From Psammoneis japonica (lineage: Eukaryota), in NCBI GenBank assembly GCA_008632985.1, contig QPGO01000277.1, positions 1 through 64,000 of the forward strand: a stretch of DNA of 64,000 nt. Reading direction: 5' to 3'. Each line of letters starts with the position of its first letter. The stretch's first letter is position 1. The notes under the pieces were generated by a model. It was not told the origin of the DNA and ran no database searches. It saw nothing but the letters and a program-made list of their open reading frames with translations. This document shows positions 24,521 to 36,420 of this stretch, in pieces. The position numbers and the translations under genes are program-made.

Positions 24521-26415
24521 ATGGTGCACCCGACGACAACGCTGAGAAACCCACCGACGATGGACCCAAACTACGTTCCTTAACTCCCTTACAGACTGAG
24601 TGTATGGAGTTATTGCGTGCTAAACAGTACAAAAGCTGCGAAATGGTTGCCATGTTGGAGCTCTCTGCTCGTTGCTGGGACGAGAACAATGCCGGGACGC
24701 TGGAGATTCTTGGAGACTGCGCACGAGAACAGCAACAGCACCGACGTGCCATTTCCTTTTACCGTCGTGCGGCACTTCAGCTTCGATTGAGTCGTAGTTT
24801 TGGAACGTCTCTGGAGCCAAAGTCGACGGCAGAAGCAAATTTGCGCTGGAAAGAAGCAAAGTGCCTGGGGTTGCTGGGAAGTGTCGTGGAGGCCTCGTCT
24901 GTACTCGAGCTGGTGCCCAAGCAACTGCGGTCTTTAGGGATATCCATGACGTTGGGTAATCTCTATGTGGCGAGTGGACGGAATCATGACGCAGTTCAGT
25001 GCTTCTTAGATGCCATTTCAAAGAATCCTTATGCTCTGGAGGCGATCGAGTGGTCGGCGTTTTTGGGAGCGGATCATAATCAAGTCAAGGAAGCAGTGCA
25101 AATCGGGCTTGATCATAAGCTGGGTGGCTCACCAGATAGAGAACCGCTTCTACCTGTCATGGAGATGGTGTCTGCTCACTTTTGTATGCATCGACATCAA
25201 CCCGCTGCGGCCTTGACCCATTTCAGGAGGCTCGATGAAAGCTTCCCAGACAATAAGTTTATTCTCATCAAGATCGCTGCCCTTCAGGTACAAACAAGCG
25301 ATGTGTCTGGTGCGGAACAAACGTTGCTCGAGTGAGAAACCTGGACGAAAACAACCTGGAATGCATGGACCAGTATGCACAGCTATTACAGCGTCGGGGA
25401 GCCCTTGCTGAGCTGAATCGATTGGCGTCAGATCTCATGCAGGTGGATGATAGTCGACCTGAACCGTGGGCGTGCTTGGCGCTTCACCATCAAGCTCAAG
25501 ATGAACACGAAAAAGCACTCGGTACGTCAAACTATGCTCCATGTTGAGAAACTTGCAGCCATACCCAATGCTCATCATGTCTCTACCTTTGTAATGATTA
25601 AGCGTTCGTCGAGAAAGCCATTGCACTTGACCAGCGTCACGCATTTGCTCATCGTCTACGAGGCAGCATCCTGCTCAACGATGGCAGGCCGGAACACGCA
25701 GCTGTGTCGTTCTTTCGTGCAAACGAAATTGTGAGAGACGTTGAAAGCTACGAGGGCCTTGTCGATTCGTATTTGGCTGCCGATAAAACCAAGGAAGCTG
25801 TTTCTACCGCCAAGCAAGCCATTTCAACGGCACCTCGTGATCCACGAGCCGTCACTCTGGTTGGTCTAGCCTTGGCACAAGGCCCTGCGCAAGGAGGCAA
25901 AGACAGGGCCAAGCGTGCACTCGGCAAGGCGCTGACACTAGAACCAACTTTTTCGCTTCGACCGCTCATGACGCTTATCGACATTCATGTGCAAGAGCAC
26001 GACTACGAAGCTTGCGTTGAGCTACTTACACAAGCCATTGAGGGGAGTACTTCGTCTAAAACGGCGATTCACAAGCAAGACCAGCTTCAAGCGAAGCTGG
26101 GCGAGATTTACACAATGGATGAGAAATTCACGGAAGCCATGACGTGCTTTCACACAGCGCTGTCTATAAATCCCGACAATAATGGTAAGTTTCGTTTCTT
26201 CCGTGTTGCCTTTTGAATTGCTCCTTCTCCCTCCAGCTTCTTACTCCAATTCTGCTGCAGACGCACAACGAGGTATGCACCGATTGGAAAAATTAATGAA
26301 AGGCGGGGATCCAAACACGCCAGACGAAGTTGCAGAAGGAGATGTACATGAACCAGAAAGCCCAATGAGCCCGGAATACAACAGTGTCTACCGAGGACAC
26401 GATCGGTCGTATTAG
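24521..26415 (+). CDS. ANAPC7: Anaphase-promoting complex subunit 7 (TPR protein); introns ~25522-25602 and ~26184-26260
   Basis: TPR repeats; [64 protein letters not shown]. Confidence 0.8.
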
Positions 26416-26609
26416 AAGAGGATAAAGTACGGTTGCTTGTGTTGATAGAGAGAACTGCGGGTTGTTGATTCTCGTACCGTAGCTAAACAGAGCTCTGGAG
26501 AGATTCACGTTTAAAAAGTAACTATGTAATTTATTGTATTGCACCCACGGCGTCAAAGCTCTGCAAGCACCGGTTGAGATAGAGATGAGGGGAGCAACTA
26601 GCAGAGAAA

Positions 26610-28357
26610 TTATTTTCTACCGCGGCCATTCTTTCCCCGTCCGTTCGATTCTTCCTCTAGTCTAAACATGGCGCTGAGTTCCTTCACAGTCGCTTGCTTT
26701 CCCTCCACAGATTCTGTCTTTCGCAAATGTGCCATAGGTCCGTGCAATAGCTTATTGACAATACCCCTCGACAGCCTCTCCACGGCTTCCAATTCCTTGT
26801 CGCTGAGATTGGCATTGCGCAACTTGCTAGTGCACTTTTTAAGTTCCTGCTCGCGAAAGTTGTTTGCCCGTTCCTGCAACTGATTAATGGTAGGAATGGC
26901 AGATAGCGATTCTCTCCATCCAATGTACGCGTTTGCCTCTTCTCGCAAGAGATTCTCCGCCTCGATCATTTCCTTTTGACGCATGGCGGTGTTCTTGGCC
27001 ACAACGGCTTTTAGGTCATCGACATTGTACGCAGAGACGTTAGGGATCTATGAGTAAGAAAAAGATAAAGAAAGAGTGAGCAATGATGAAAGGAAACTAG
27101 CAAAACACCATGGGAAATGAGGATCAAACCTACCTTCTTGCAATCCTCTGCAACGTTGCGAGGCACCGAGATATCCACCAACATGAGTGGTCTGCCTCCG
27201 GCCAAACCGTTCTCCTCAAGCAACTGCTCATCCACCACATAGTCCACAGAAGACGTTGCCGTGTACACAATATCCGACTTTCCAATGACATCCCACAAGT
27301 CATCCATAAGCTTGACTTCAATGTCAACATCAGGGAATTGCTCCTGAAGCTCTTGTGGCCGTCCAAGAGATCGGTTAACAATTGTGATTCGTTCCAATCC
27401 ACGCGACGCCAAGTGTGTAATCAACAGCCTGGTCATTTTACCGGCACCGACAACCGCAAGCCGTGCTTCCGAAAAGGGAAGCTGCAAGTCCGACATGGAG
27501 AGCATCTCGCTCAACTCCACCGCGGCAGACGAAATCGAGACGGACCCTTTGGAGATGGCCGTCTCGGAACGGACTCGCTTTCCGGCTGCCACGGCATTGT
27601 TCAAGAGTCGACTCAACACCTTACCTCCACATCCGTCCTCTTCAATCGAGTGCAAATGGCACTGACGGACTTGAGACAGAATCTGTCCTTCTCCCACCAC
27701 GAGAGAATCGAGTCCACCCGCCACACGCATAATGTGCCACACGGCGTCGTCTCCACTCAGCATGAACAGATTACGACGAAGCGTCGAAACGGGGAGACCC
27801 GATCGCTTGGAGAGGTAATTGGTGATGCACGCCATGGCCTCGCGAGCGTCCGAAGCGGCGTAGTAGACCTCGAAGCGATTGCACGTGGAAAGCACACCGG
27901 CTTCGGCAACCTGACCCGTGGAGCAAATTTCATTTGACGCTGTGTTCCAGTCGGCTTCAGCAATAGCTAGCTTTTCGCGGACTTCCACATCTGCGTGGTG
28001 AATGGAAAGCCCGACAACGTGCACTTGTAATCCTTTCGATGCGAGTGCTAGACGTTCCTGAAGAAATGAGAAAAAGCAAGAATAAATAATGAATTTGTGA
28101 GCAAAAACAATTATTCTTCCCAGCGAAAGCCTTTTCTGTTTCATTCATAATCATTAACTGACCTTTCTCGATTTACGTTGCTTGGGTGCAACACCATTGA
28201 CGGCACCCTCCACCAACTCGGTTGCCACCATTTGCAAAGCACCGTTGTTGGCACGTTGAGACGAAACCACACCATGTTGTTGAGGTGTTGACGGCGCAAA
28301 CGCAGCCGTCGTCCCCAACACCAACACCGCACTCAATACTGCTGCTCCGAATCTCAT
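26610..28357 (-). CDS. hemA: Glutamyl-tRNA reductase, plastid-targeted (3 exons)
   Basis: Presequence TTAAFAP; VREKLA, LSTCNRFEVY, GLDSLVVGEGQILSQV, GAGKM, DISVPRNV, IVNKLLHGP. Confidence 0.96.
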
Positions 28358-28432
28358 GTTTTATTTGAATTGTATATATTATAGGCAAGTCAAAGGCACT
28401 ACAACGACAAAAAGAGACGATCGGCGAGGTAG

Positions 28433-29503
28433 GTGCCGACAGCAACAACACAAGTTGAACTCGAACGAAAAAAAAAATACCGAAGGAGTGTGCGGTGTGG
28501 CGATGAGATGATGAGATTCACGTTGCGCTCAGTACATTTCCTACGCAGCTTCTACGCAGCATCGCCAGGTCACCCGGCTGTGTTCTGTGCCTGGGTGCGT
28601 CATGACGAAAAGTTCAACTTGCACAAACACGAACCAATTGGTGGCGTTTTGATTCCGTCGACTGAGCTGATTCTGTTGCGAACACCTTCTTTACGTAAAC
28701 ACCGTATGAGATTTACATACGAAGTCAATACCAAGATCCGACGCCACGTGCAAACTAAGTATTGGATGTACATGACCACTGTTGAACCAGATCCAGACAC
28801 AACGCCGAAGTTCGGCCAAGTGGCGCGTGTGGCTGCGCGATGGACGAGTCGTGTCGCCTTTTCTGCTTTGGGATAGAATTCGAGCGCCGCATGGCAGCCT
28901 GCGTTGAAGACAAGAACATGCCCCCCCACTGCTCTGCGATGCACCCTCCCACCAGTTCCTGCAGCCGTGCATGAAGAAGGTGCCTTCCAGGCATCAAAGG
29001 ACAGACAGGAGGAGAGCATTGATGAGCATGGCAGCCAGCAAGCACCAGCGGGGGACTTTTTTGGCGCGCAAAGTTGGCTGTTTTCACAAAACAAAAAGAG
29101 CCCCTCTGTGCCATGCTCTCCCACTGCCCTGCTTTGTGCTGGTTTAAAGAGCAGAAGAAAGGAGAAAGACAAGGCAGCAAGCTTCAGCCATGACACTCTT
29201 GTGGAGCTGCAGCAGTGCCTCGCCTGCACCCTCGTCCACGCTGCCTCTGCAGCAACAAAGCTTTTCTCTTTGCACCACACCACCAGGGGCGCTTTTCTTG
29301 CATTGGCTGTTGTGAACAACTCCTGTGCACTGACAGAAAGCACACCTTGTGGAAAAATCCAAAAAAAACAGCAGCACTTGGTGTGGCTGGCACTGGCAGT
29401 GCTTGGAAAAGAAACGCCCCTTTTCACTTTCCCCAGACATCAGTCTGGAAGGCTCAGGTCCAAAAGGAGAAGAGGTGCAGCAAGAAGTGGGCAACTCAGA
29501 TGA
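28433..29503 (+). pseudogene. Unknown ORF interrupted by one TAG (28874-28876); 3' half is TpA-depleted
   Basis: ORFs 28433-28876 and 28904-29503 are in the same frame; Tyr is present before the stop and absent after it. Confidence 0.4.
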
Positions 29504-29935
29504 TGATGTTGTGCCAGCAGCACGGATGTCAAGCTGCCGCAAAAGCAGCGCCCCTTTCTCTCCAAGAAAAAAAGAAAGCTCTGTGTGGGTGCCCCCCCCT
29601 GCTTGTGCCTGCAAGATGCAAAAATGTTAACCACCGCAGTTGTCCGTGACAACATCAGCAGTTCTTGGATGTTGGATTTTGGAATTTGGAAGCTGTGCTG
29701 CGCAAGAGCACAGGCAAGAGAGCCCGGGGTGAGCGAGATTGGCCATGATGCTCTGTTTCTGCAGAGCTGGTGGACATTTTAATTCAGAGAGTTGCAGTTT
29801 ATGTTGCAGCACAGTTGTTGCATTTTGCGTTTTGCTTCATGTAAATGACTTGCTCAGCTTGAAATTGATCTCCGTTGATGACATTGAATGAACAATGATT
29901 GCATGCATGTGAAAACCAGGTTTCCGTTGGAGTGC
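28880..29935. other. Isolated TpA-depleted domain of about 1 kb, probably repeat-derived
   Basis: Only a handful of TA remain (tttaaa, gttaac, tttaat, tttatg, tgtaaa), against normal TA frequency on both sides. Confidence 0.7.
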
Positions 29936-30250
29936 AACAGACTCTAGAAGTGTAAAAATGATCGCACTACTGTACGCGCAACTTCGGGAGGGCTGCGATT
30001 GACCTGCCCTCATGTCTGAATATCTTTATGAAATGCACCGCTGCTGCCAACGAACAACGAGCAGAGACGACAATGACCGAGTCCGCCGTCCACCGCCGTA
30101 GTTTGCTGCCTGACTACGTCGCCCATTGCACCGATATCAACCTCTCCTTGCTGTAGTCACTCTCTGTAACTTACGACGGGAATCTGAATCAATCGCTCTT
30201 TGATCTTGTCGCAATCAGATCTGTATTCTTTTCTGAATCACGTGAACAAC

Positions 30251-31553
30251 ATGTCATCTCCAAAAACAGCTCAACCGACAGCAGCAGCAGTAGCAGCAGA
30301 AGCAGCCCCATGGTCCACCGATCCGTCGGATTATCATCTAATTCGCAAGATTGGTCGCGGTGCTTTTGCATCTGTATGGAAAGCCATCCTTCCAAAGATG
30401 AAAACAAAGAATGCGCCGTGAAGGTGTTGAATCTCGACAATTGGGATACCAACTTGGCTGAGATTCGACAAGAAGTTCAAGCCATGCGACTGTCGGCTCA
30501 TGAAAACGTGTTGCAGTGTCATACAGCCTTTTGCAACAACACAGACTTGTGGTTGGTGACGCCACTTATGCGCAAGGGTAGTTCGTTGCACTGTCTGTCG
30601 AGTGCGAGACGGATCAAGCCGGAAATCAAGTTGGAACAACATATACTGTACATTATGCACGAGACGCTCTTGGGATTGCAGTATATTCATTCGCAGGGCC
30701 AGCTGCATCGAGACGTAAAAGCTGGCAACGTACTTGTGGATGCCAATGCCGACGTCCGTATTGCTGACTTTGGAGTTTCGGGTTGGTTGGTGGAGGGAGG
30801 TTCCCAACAGGAAAAAGCAAAGACCTTTGTTGGAACGCCCTGTTGGATGGCACCCGAAGTGATGGAACAAGTGCACGGTTATGACTACAAGGCGGATCTG
30901 TGGAGTTTGGGAATCACCGCCTTGGAACTGGCCAAGGGTACGCACCCTACGCAAAGTATCCGCCCATGAAAGTGTTGATTCTGACAATACAAGAAGATCC
31001 GCCGACACTGGATACATACGATGATGACGATGATGACGAGTTTGTAGAAGAAGATTGGTCCAAGACCTTTCGTGCACTCGTGGCAGTCTTGCTTCAAAAG
31101 GATCCAGCCAGACGACCGACTTGTCAAGAGTTGCTGTCGAGCAAGTACTTTGCTGGCCTGAATCGCAACGAGCGACGAAACGCCATCAAGACGGAGGTGT
31201 GTGACATTGTTGAGGATATTGGGAGTGGTGAATCCGAGCGCTTTGCGGCCCCGGACGCCATTGTCACGTGTGAAGACCGACCGGCGGGTACCACGTGGGT
31301 GTTTGCCGATGGATCGCAAGTGTTGGCTTCCGAACAGACCGCCAGCGAAGTGGATGATGTCATTGATGAGTTGGATCAATTTGGAAAACAAACGGGTGGC
31401 GAGAACTATCAACGAGATTTGGAAGAGGAAAACAGAAAAACAGTCAAGCACGCGACAGTGCAGAGGGAAGAAGAAGAGCCGGATGATTTAGAGGAGTTTA
31501 TGGATGAATTTGAAATGACAACCGGCGGAGAAAACTTTAGAAAACCGTCATGA
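30251..31553 (+). CDS. STE20-family Ser/Thr kinase (OSR1/SPAK-like); two apparent frameshifts
   Basis: IGRGAFASVWKA, CAVKVL, HRDVKAGN, IADFGVS, TFVGTPCWMAPEV, GYAPYAKYPPMKVL. Confidence 0.92.
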
Positions 31554-31998
31554 TAGATACTGACAGAAAAAGATATTGATCTGTGTTGGTTCAAGACTAC
31601 AGTAAACTAGAGACATTCCCTCATAAGCAACGCTTACACAAACATGGAGACGGAACAGGCTGTATTCTGCGCAAAGTGCCCCAAAGAAGGTTTGGAACCT
31701 TTCGCAAGTCTCTCCCTCATGTACAATGAAACATTATAAGGCGATCGTAAGCGTGCCTAACCCTACCAGCCACTGAACGTCCCAAACAACAAGCACACTC
31801 ACTTCTACTATATCAACGTAGGTACTTCATTTCGAGCACACCGCAAGGAGTTCTCTATAGACTAGCACCAAAATGAAAAAGTAGAACCGACACAGTTCAT
31901 TAACTGCATCACGGTCCTTTCTATTCTATAGAGAGGATTGTTTTTCAATTGATTATGTTATCTTCTTGATCGGCAAGGTATCTGGACAAACTACAATC

Positions 31999-32430
31999 CT
32001 ATCCGCTCGTTGGATTCTTCTTGCTCTTCTTATGGAGTGGTTGTTCCCGGGTGCTGTTACTGCCGGGTAGCGAATGAATATGATGACGACGACGTCGACG
32101 CCTAGAAGAGTCGCTTACTGCAGCTCCCTGCCCATCATATTGAATGCCGGAATTGATGGGAACCAAAAAGGACCAAACGTGCTTCATGACGGCGAGTGGA
32201 ATGTTGGCGCTCAAAGACAATTTATCCAAGATCATGCGCTGCGTATCCACTAGTTGCATCAGATCGGCAAATTTCCGAAGCACAAGGTAGTAGATCGTTG
32301 GCACAGCACCGCGGCTCAAGTCCAAAGGGGTCTCGTTGTGTTCATTCTTGACCACAAGAGTAAAAGGGTCTGCCTCGATCAGTGCGTCAATGACCTCGAC
32401 TGTATTCGTGAGATCTTGGCCTCCAGAAAA
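31999..32430 (-). pseudogene. 3' portion of an ankyrin-like-repeat gene whose 5' end runs into the transposon cluster
   Basis: VEVIDALIEADPFTLVVKNEHNETPLDLS resembles an ankyrin-type repeat; the upstream in-frame sequence is TpA-depleted and not gene-like. Confidence 0.5.
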
Positions 32431-33414
32431 TGAGCTCCCTGCCCATTGTTGCCATTGCTGTGGTTGTTGCAGAACAGAGTGCGTCTTTTGAAAGAGAGAA
32501 AAACAGGAGCTCTTCCTCTGAGCAGGGAGAGGCCAAAAGGAAGAAGAAAAAACCAAGAGGACAGTGGAGCACGCGGGACCCCGTTTTCCGTCACCGTGCT
32601 TTTTGTGTGACAAAAAAATCTCATCCGAGCTCGTGCTTTCCCCCAATTTTTCGCATCTTCTTTCATCAGATCTGCTCATTTTCATGGACCGGCTGCCTTC
32701 TTTGTTCATTGAGGGTGTGGACAAAAAGAGAAAGCTCTTTCAGAGTCAATTTTTTGGTCTAAAAATGACAGGAAACCGTGCGCGGCAGTTTTCCGAACGA
32801 CTTTGAGTCACTGTTTCTCTGCTTCTTTCATCCGATTTGACTGTTTTGAAAGGATGTCCACATTCTCTGTTGTGCAAAGAGCTCACAGCAAAAAAAGAAT
32901 GGCACTCTAACTCCATTTTTTGCATGTGAAAAATCGGGGGAACTGACTTCACACGCACCCTGATTGTCACAGAAAATCTGTGTCGATTTGAAAATTGGGG
33001 GTTGCATGAAAAATCAAAATTTTCATTTTCCCCTGTTTTTCACGTGTTTTCAAACATTTTGACTGAAGAAAAGTCGTCGTGTCGAGAAAGGGGGGCACAA
33101 CCAATGTCGGTCGTCCATCATCTCGAGCATGCACTGGATGGCACCACGTGAGTGCGAGTCAGAGAGGGGGCAGCCAAATGTCGCCTTGTGACGTGCGCAT
33201 CAGAAGCTCACTGCTCGTGCCCCTGGCTTGAAGACGTCAGTGCTCTCGTCTCAATCGGTCTCGCTCATCATTCGACCCACCAACGAGCTGACGTGCTGGG
33301 TGGGAGACATCATTGTTGTCATCACGTCTGGCGATTCAGCAGCAGCCTCAGTCATTGTAACTTTTGATGCTGAGACCAAGCTGCTGCACAAAGTTTTGCT
33401 GTTTTACTTGTGCA

Positions 33415-34460
33415 TCACGAAACCCAACGAAAATTTGTTTCAGACAAGACAAACCGGCTCTCTTGCAGCCACGACTGAAGAAATGTCACAACAAATGTTG
33501 CAAAATGTCCCAACTTCTCAATGGGTTCCCATTCATCCAAGCACTCTGCTTCAAAGGGTGTGCATCCCATCACAATGGAAAGCTGTGTGATGTTCGCCAC
33601 TGTTTGGAAGACAAGGTGATGCGTTGATCGATCATGACGATGTGCTCTTGTCATCATTTGGAAGCGCTTGAACCAACCGTTGACAGCTTCGTGGCGGGCA
33701 CGAGCGGTGGTCTTCATGCATTGGTCGGCATTGCGCAGGCCGGTCGGGGCCACACAGTGCTGGTGTCCGTCACTGTGTGCCCCATCAGCTGAGCAAAACT
33801 CTCCATCTTGAAGTTCACAATTGATCGCCTCTCGTGCTGTGCTCAAATCAGGAATGCCAGCTGGGTGGGGGGCATTCACCCAAACTGTCCAACCTGTCAA
33901 AATGCGTGTGGCGATTTCGCACCCAAGCCCTGCGCCATTGAATTTGTGCGAATGCCAGATGGGGTCGAACGGCGATGGTTCATTGATGCGACAGTCAGTG
34001 CCGTCCACCGTCACCTTGCATGCGCTGCCATTGTCATCCACAAACCTGTTCTCCCAATCAATCTGTGATGAAATTGTGGTGAATCAAATGTCAGTGCATT
34101 GATTTTCAAAGAGAAATTGGAGTCATGGTGCGCACCAAGTTCAAATTCGCAATTGGCGCCATCCCAACCCACACCCATTTTCTCAACACATCCTCGTGCA
34201 TGCCACCGCAGATTCTGGCCATTGTGGTTTCAGCGTCACACAGTTTCAGAAAACAAAGTGTGTGCAACAAATGAGTGGGCAGAAATCCGCGTGGGATGCA
34301 GCCATCATCTTCAAGAAGGCCCCACAACTCACACACTGCGTCTCGCGGAGAGCAGAAGTGTGAGGCAAATCTGCGGTTCCAAATCCGTTGTGACCTCATC
34401 GGCCTCTGGATGACTGTCCCCACAAGACAATCTGCTGTGGCTTTGGGCAGGCGCATTTGC
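33415..34460 (-). pseudogene. Harbinger DDE transposase (intron 34135-34063); frame open but Tyr-free
   Basis: HLLHTLCFLKLCD, RKWVW, IDWENRF, VTVDGTDCRINEP, WHSHKFNG, VWVNAPHPAG, ADGAHSD, RARHEAVNGWFKRF, VANITQL. Confidence 0.9.
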
Positions 34461-35353
34461 ATGGTGAGCAACACAGACGTGTGTTGCGCGCACGATGTTC
34501 CATGTTGTGTGCTAAAAAGATTGCTGCTGCGCCAGTTCCGTGCAGCAGTGTTTTTGTTGCCGCAGGTGGATTGATGGCCGGGTGGGGTTCTCATTCATTT
34601 CCAACGTCTGACAACAAGGTTTTGATGTCAGGCCTTTTAGTGAGACTCCCTTCGAGAACGCTTTTGGTGCGGTCCCGGAACGGTGGAAACACGGGAATGA
34701 TGAATGCCTGTTTCGTCGAATGGCATTTCCGTGTTGGAGCTGTTGGCGGTTGCTGCAGATGTGGTTTAGCGCCAAACAATGCTGGCAGTTACAATGAACC
34801 CTCACAGCTCAACTCACAGCCACTGTAAATCAAAATCATTGAGACTTCCAACAGTCGTTCTTTTTCTTAGAGAAAATGGAAACCTGTTTTGATGGGTGTG
34901 CCTTTTTGCAACAAATCCATCTAATCTGCCAAACTTTTACACTGTTGTGCCATGCTCAAATGGTTCTGACAATGGCGCACTGGCTGCAATGCATCACATG
35001 TCTCATCGGCAGATTGAGAGGCTCCAAAGTTTGATTTCTGCGCGAATCAGTGCAATCGAGAACATTCTCGGAACGGTTTTGGAACACTTTTGGAACGGCA
35101 CGCAAGGGAATCTTGAGCTCCAATGCTTCACAACAGTCCCCCCCGACAGGCCTTTTTTTGGTTTTGGCGGTTGCAGTGGTTTCAAATTTGCCGGGACTTG
35201 CATGTGTGGGGTTGACCATCCCACACAAAGAGAGAGTTGAGACGGTCATGAACAACTCAAATTGGAGTTCGGGATTCGATGCGAACCTTGCCACAGTGTG
35301 GCAAGCAACACGGCATTCAGAGGATTTGCAGCTTGCCTCGTCATAAAATTGAG

Positions 35354-36420
35354 AATGGTGACCAACACACACACTGTGGTGCAAATGAACACAAGGAGCA
35401 AGTCAGTGCTTGGCACTGACTTGAAGCCGCCTCCCGCCTTTTGAAAAAACTTGCCCGACTGGACACTGCTCAGGGATCTCCTGTTGCAAAAAAGGGTCAA
35501 TCCTGGAGCGTCACCAAAGGAGGTTCAGTCCATGCGTGCAGAGTTTTTGAAGCATCCTCTTGCCAAATTTGCACTCAGCTGTGCAAGCTGAGGAAAGAAA
35601 CTGGTTTCAACCTGTGTCAACGAAGCGCTGATGACAGCACTGCACCACCGGCAGATGACGGCACTGGTGGAAGTGAGTGTCGCCACATGCTGCACTTTGT
35701 CAAATGAAACAGAATGCACTCTCATGTTGCTCTTTTTTTCTCTTGACTGTTGTCCACTGTTTCAAAAGGGGAAGACCTCAACATGGACAAGGACAAGCTC
35801 TCAGCCGACATCGGCCTGTCGTCAGCCAAGGAAACCGGCAGTTTTGCAGCTGTCGCCCCCACTGCTTTGGACCCCCCAGCATTTGAGGACGACCAGACAT
35901 TCAAGCCCATGGTTTTGCAGGCGACCTGCAAGGATTCTGTCAACAAGACAGACCATGTGGTGCTGGTGATTGTAGCTCCCTCAGGAGCATGCACTGAGGA
36001 CCTTTCTAGCTTCAAGCTCACGGTGACGGGTGGCGGTTGGTTTTTACAGTGCACCTCCGAGTGGCCGGGTCACAGCATGGACATGGACTCACTCCATGCT
36101 GTGCTGGTGGAGGAGGCACAATCCAAGGAGACCAAGAGCTCAGGGATGTGTGCAAGCGCCTGAGGCACTTTCGGATCAGTTGTCCTCCATGAGGTTGTCA
36201 GACAGCGATGTTTTGGCATCAACAGCCACTGTTTCCTTTGCCCATCAAAGTGTCGAAAAAGATTGACAAGGTTCATCTTTTGGGGGGTGAGGATGGTTCA
36301 AGAATTGTGTGTGTTGACCTCAAAGCTGAGGACTCAACATGCCGCTCTGTGGAGAGCCCCAAGGTCATGTTGATTGATGGCACCACTTGCATGGAGAAGC
36401 AGGGTGCGCGGCGTTTCTTT
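35354..36420 (+). pseudogene. Harbinger accessory (second) ORF, degenerate
   Basis: Lies within the TIRs, divergent from the transposase; MNTRSK...LRDLL...PKEVQSMRAEFLKHPLAKF, then a probable intron from gtgagt (~35673) and DHVVLVIVAPSG; contains stops and frameshifts. Confidence 0.55.

Noticed and set aside
27110..27937. Long antisense ORFs over hemA (likewise over FARSA, RPL4 and the GH38 gene)
   Set aside because: Shadow ORFs of conserved genes, with no independent motifs.
33415..34460. Alternative genetic code explaining the missing Tyr
   Set aside because: Adjacent host genes use standard Tyr and stop codons, and TA loss also affects non-coding TIRs and all reading frames.
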